64,000 nt of DNA from IMG/VR virus record IMGVR_UViG_3300030110_004856, positions 1 to 64,000 of that record. One strand, given 5' to 3'. Below the pieces are notes generated by a model that was given only the letters and a program-made list of their open reading frames with translations, ran no database searches and was not told the origin of the DNA. Of this stretch, positions 63,684 through 64,000 are shown one piece after another. The stretch is from a virus. How positions within the stretch are numbered: the first letter of the stretch is position 1; each line of letters starts with the position of its first letter. Position numbers and translations under genes: made by a program.

Positions 63684-63968
63684 TCAGCGTGATCTTATTT
63701 TGACAATCAGTGAATCAAAAAGCAACGCAAATGCAGACGCTGCAATACCCATGAGTAACGACTGAGCAGGGTAAACAGAGTCCTGCAGAGCAAGACTAAC
63801 AAGACCAGAGCAGGTCGTAAGAACGAACAGCAAAAATAACGAAGTCAGTAATGTCATCCTGCTAATCAGGAGACAAGTTAAAGAAAAAGCAATTGCTGCG
63901 GGTGCAGCAACCATATAAGCAATTTTCACCACAGGTGATGAAAGTTTGGTTATGGTCCCCTCGGACAA
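63684..63968 (-). CDS. three-TM membrane protein (holin candidate)
   Basis: hydrophobic, directly upstream of endolysin. Confidence 0.55.
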   Translation of the reverse strand: MSEGTITKLSSPVVKIAYMVAAPAAIAFSLTCLLISRMTLLTSLFLLFVLTTCSGLVSLALQDSVYPAQSLLMGIAASAFALLFDSLIVKIRSR

Positions 63969-64000
63969 AACGAGCAGAGAACCTAACCAAATTTCGAAAA

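Noticed and set aside
1-64000. Alternative genetic code
   Set aside because: Core genes are full length under the standard code and all three stop codons are used

Overview
The window is a large part of a dsDNA tailed-phage genome, almost certainly a cyanophage. Support for that host: two NblA-like genes, a GH24+C39 endolysin, cyanobacterial-style -10-only promoters and a Dps. The gene content recalls S-EIV1-like and uncultured cyanophages, but this is from memory and unverified. The minus strand (1.5-35 kb and 60-64 kb) carries virion and packaging genes (major capsid, scaffold, portal, TerL, many low-complexity internal-protein candidates), interleaved with a glycosyltransferase/methyltransferase set. 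The plus strand (36-60 kb) carries early and replication genes: DUF2786, GP88, dCTP deaminase, a DUF3150-AAA-VWA operon, PolA, SSB, exonuclease and primase-helicase. The two arms diverge from a 1.2-kb non-coding region containing an AT-rich iteron/inverted-repeat element and a ~550-nt densely base-paired segment, the best candidate for an undescribed large ncRNA. Other highlights: two unrelated cell-wall hydrolases sharing one C-terminal domain (one a circularly permuted M23), a recurring R-[FLM]-A-G motif and a repeated ~42-aa domain in putative virion proteins, two DNA methyltransferase homologues lacking the catalytic motif, a 500-nt portal/scaffold overlap and two smaller structured RNA candidates. 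No tRNA, CRISPR array, integrase or reverse transcriptase was seen. All family calls come from motif recognition by eye, not database searches.
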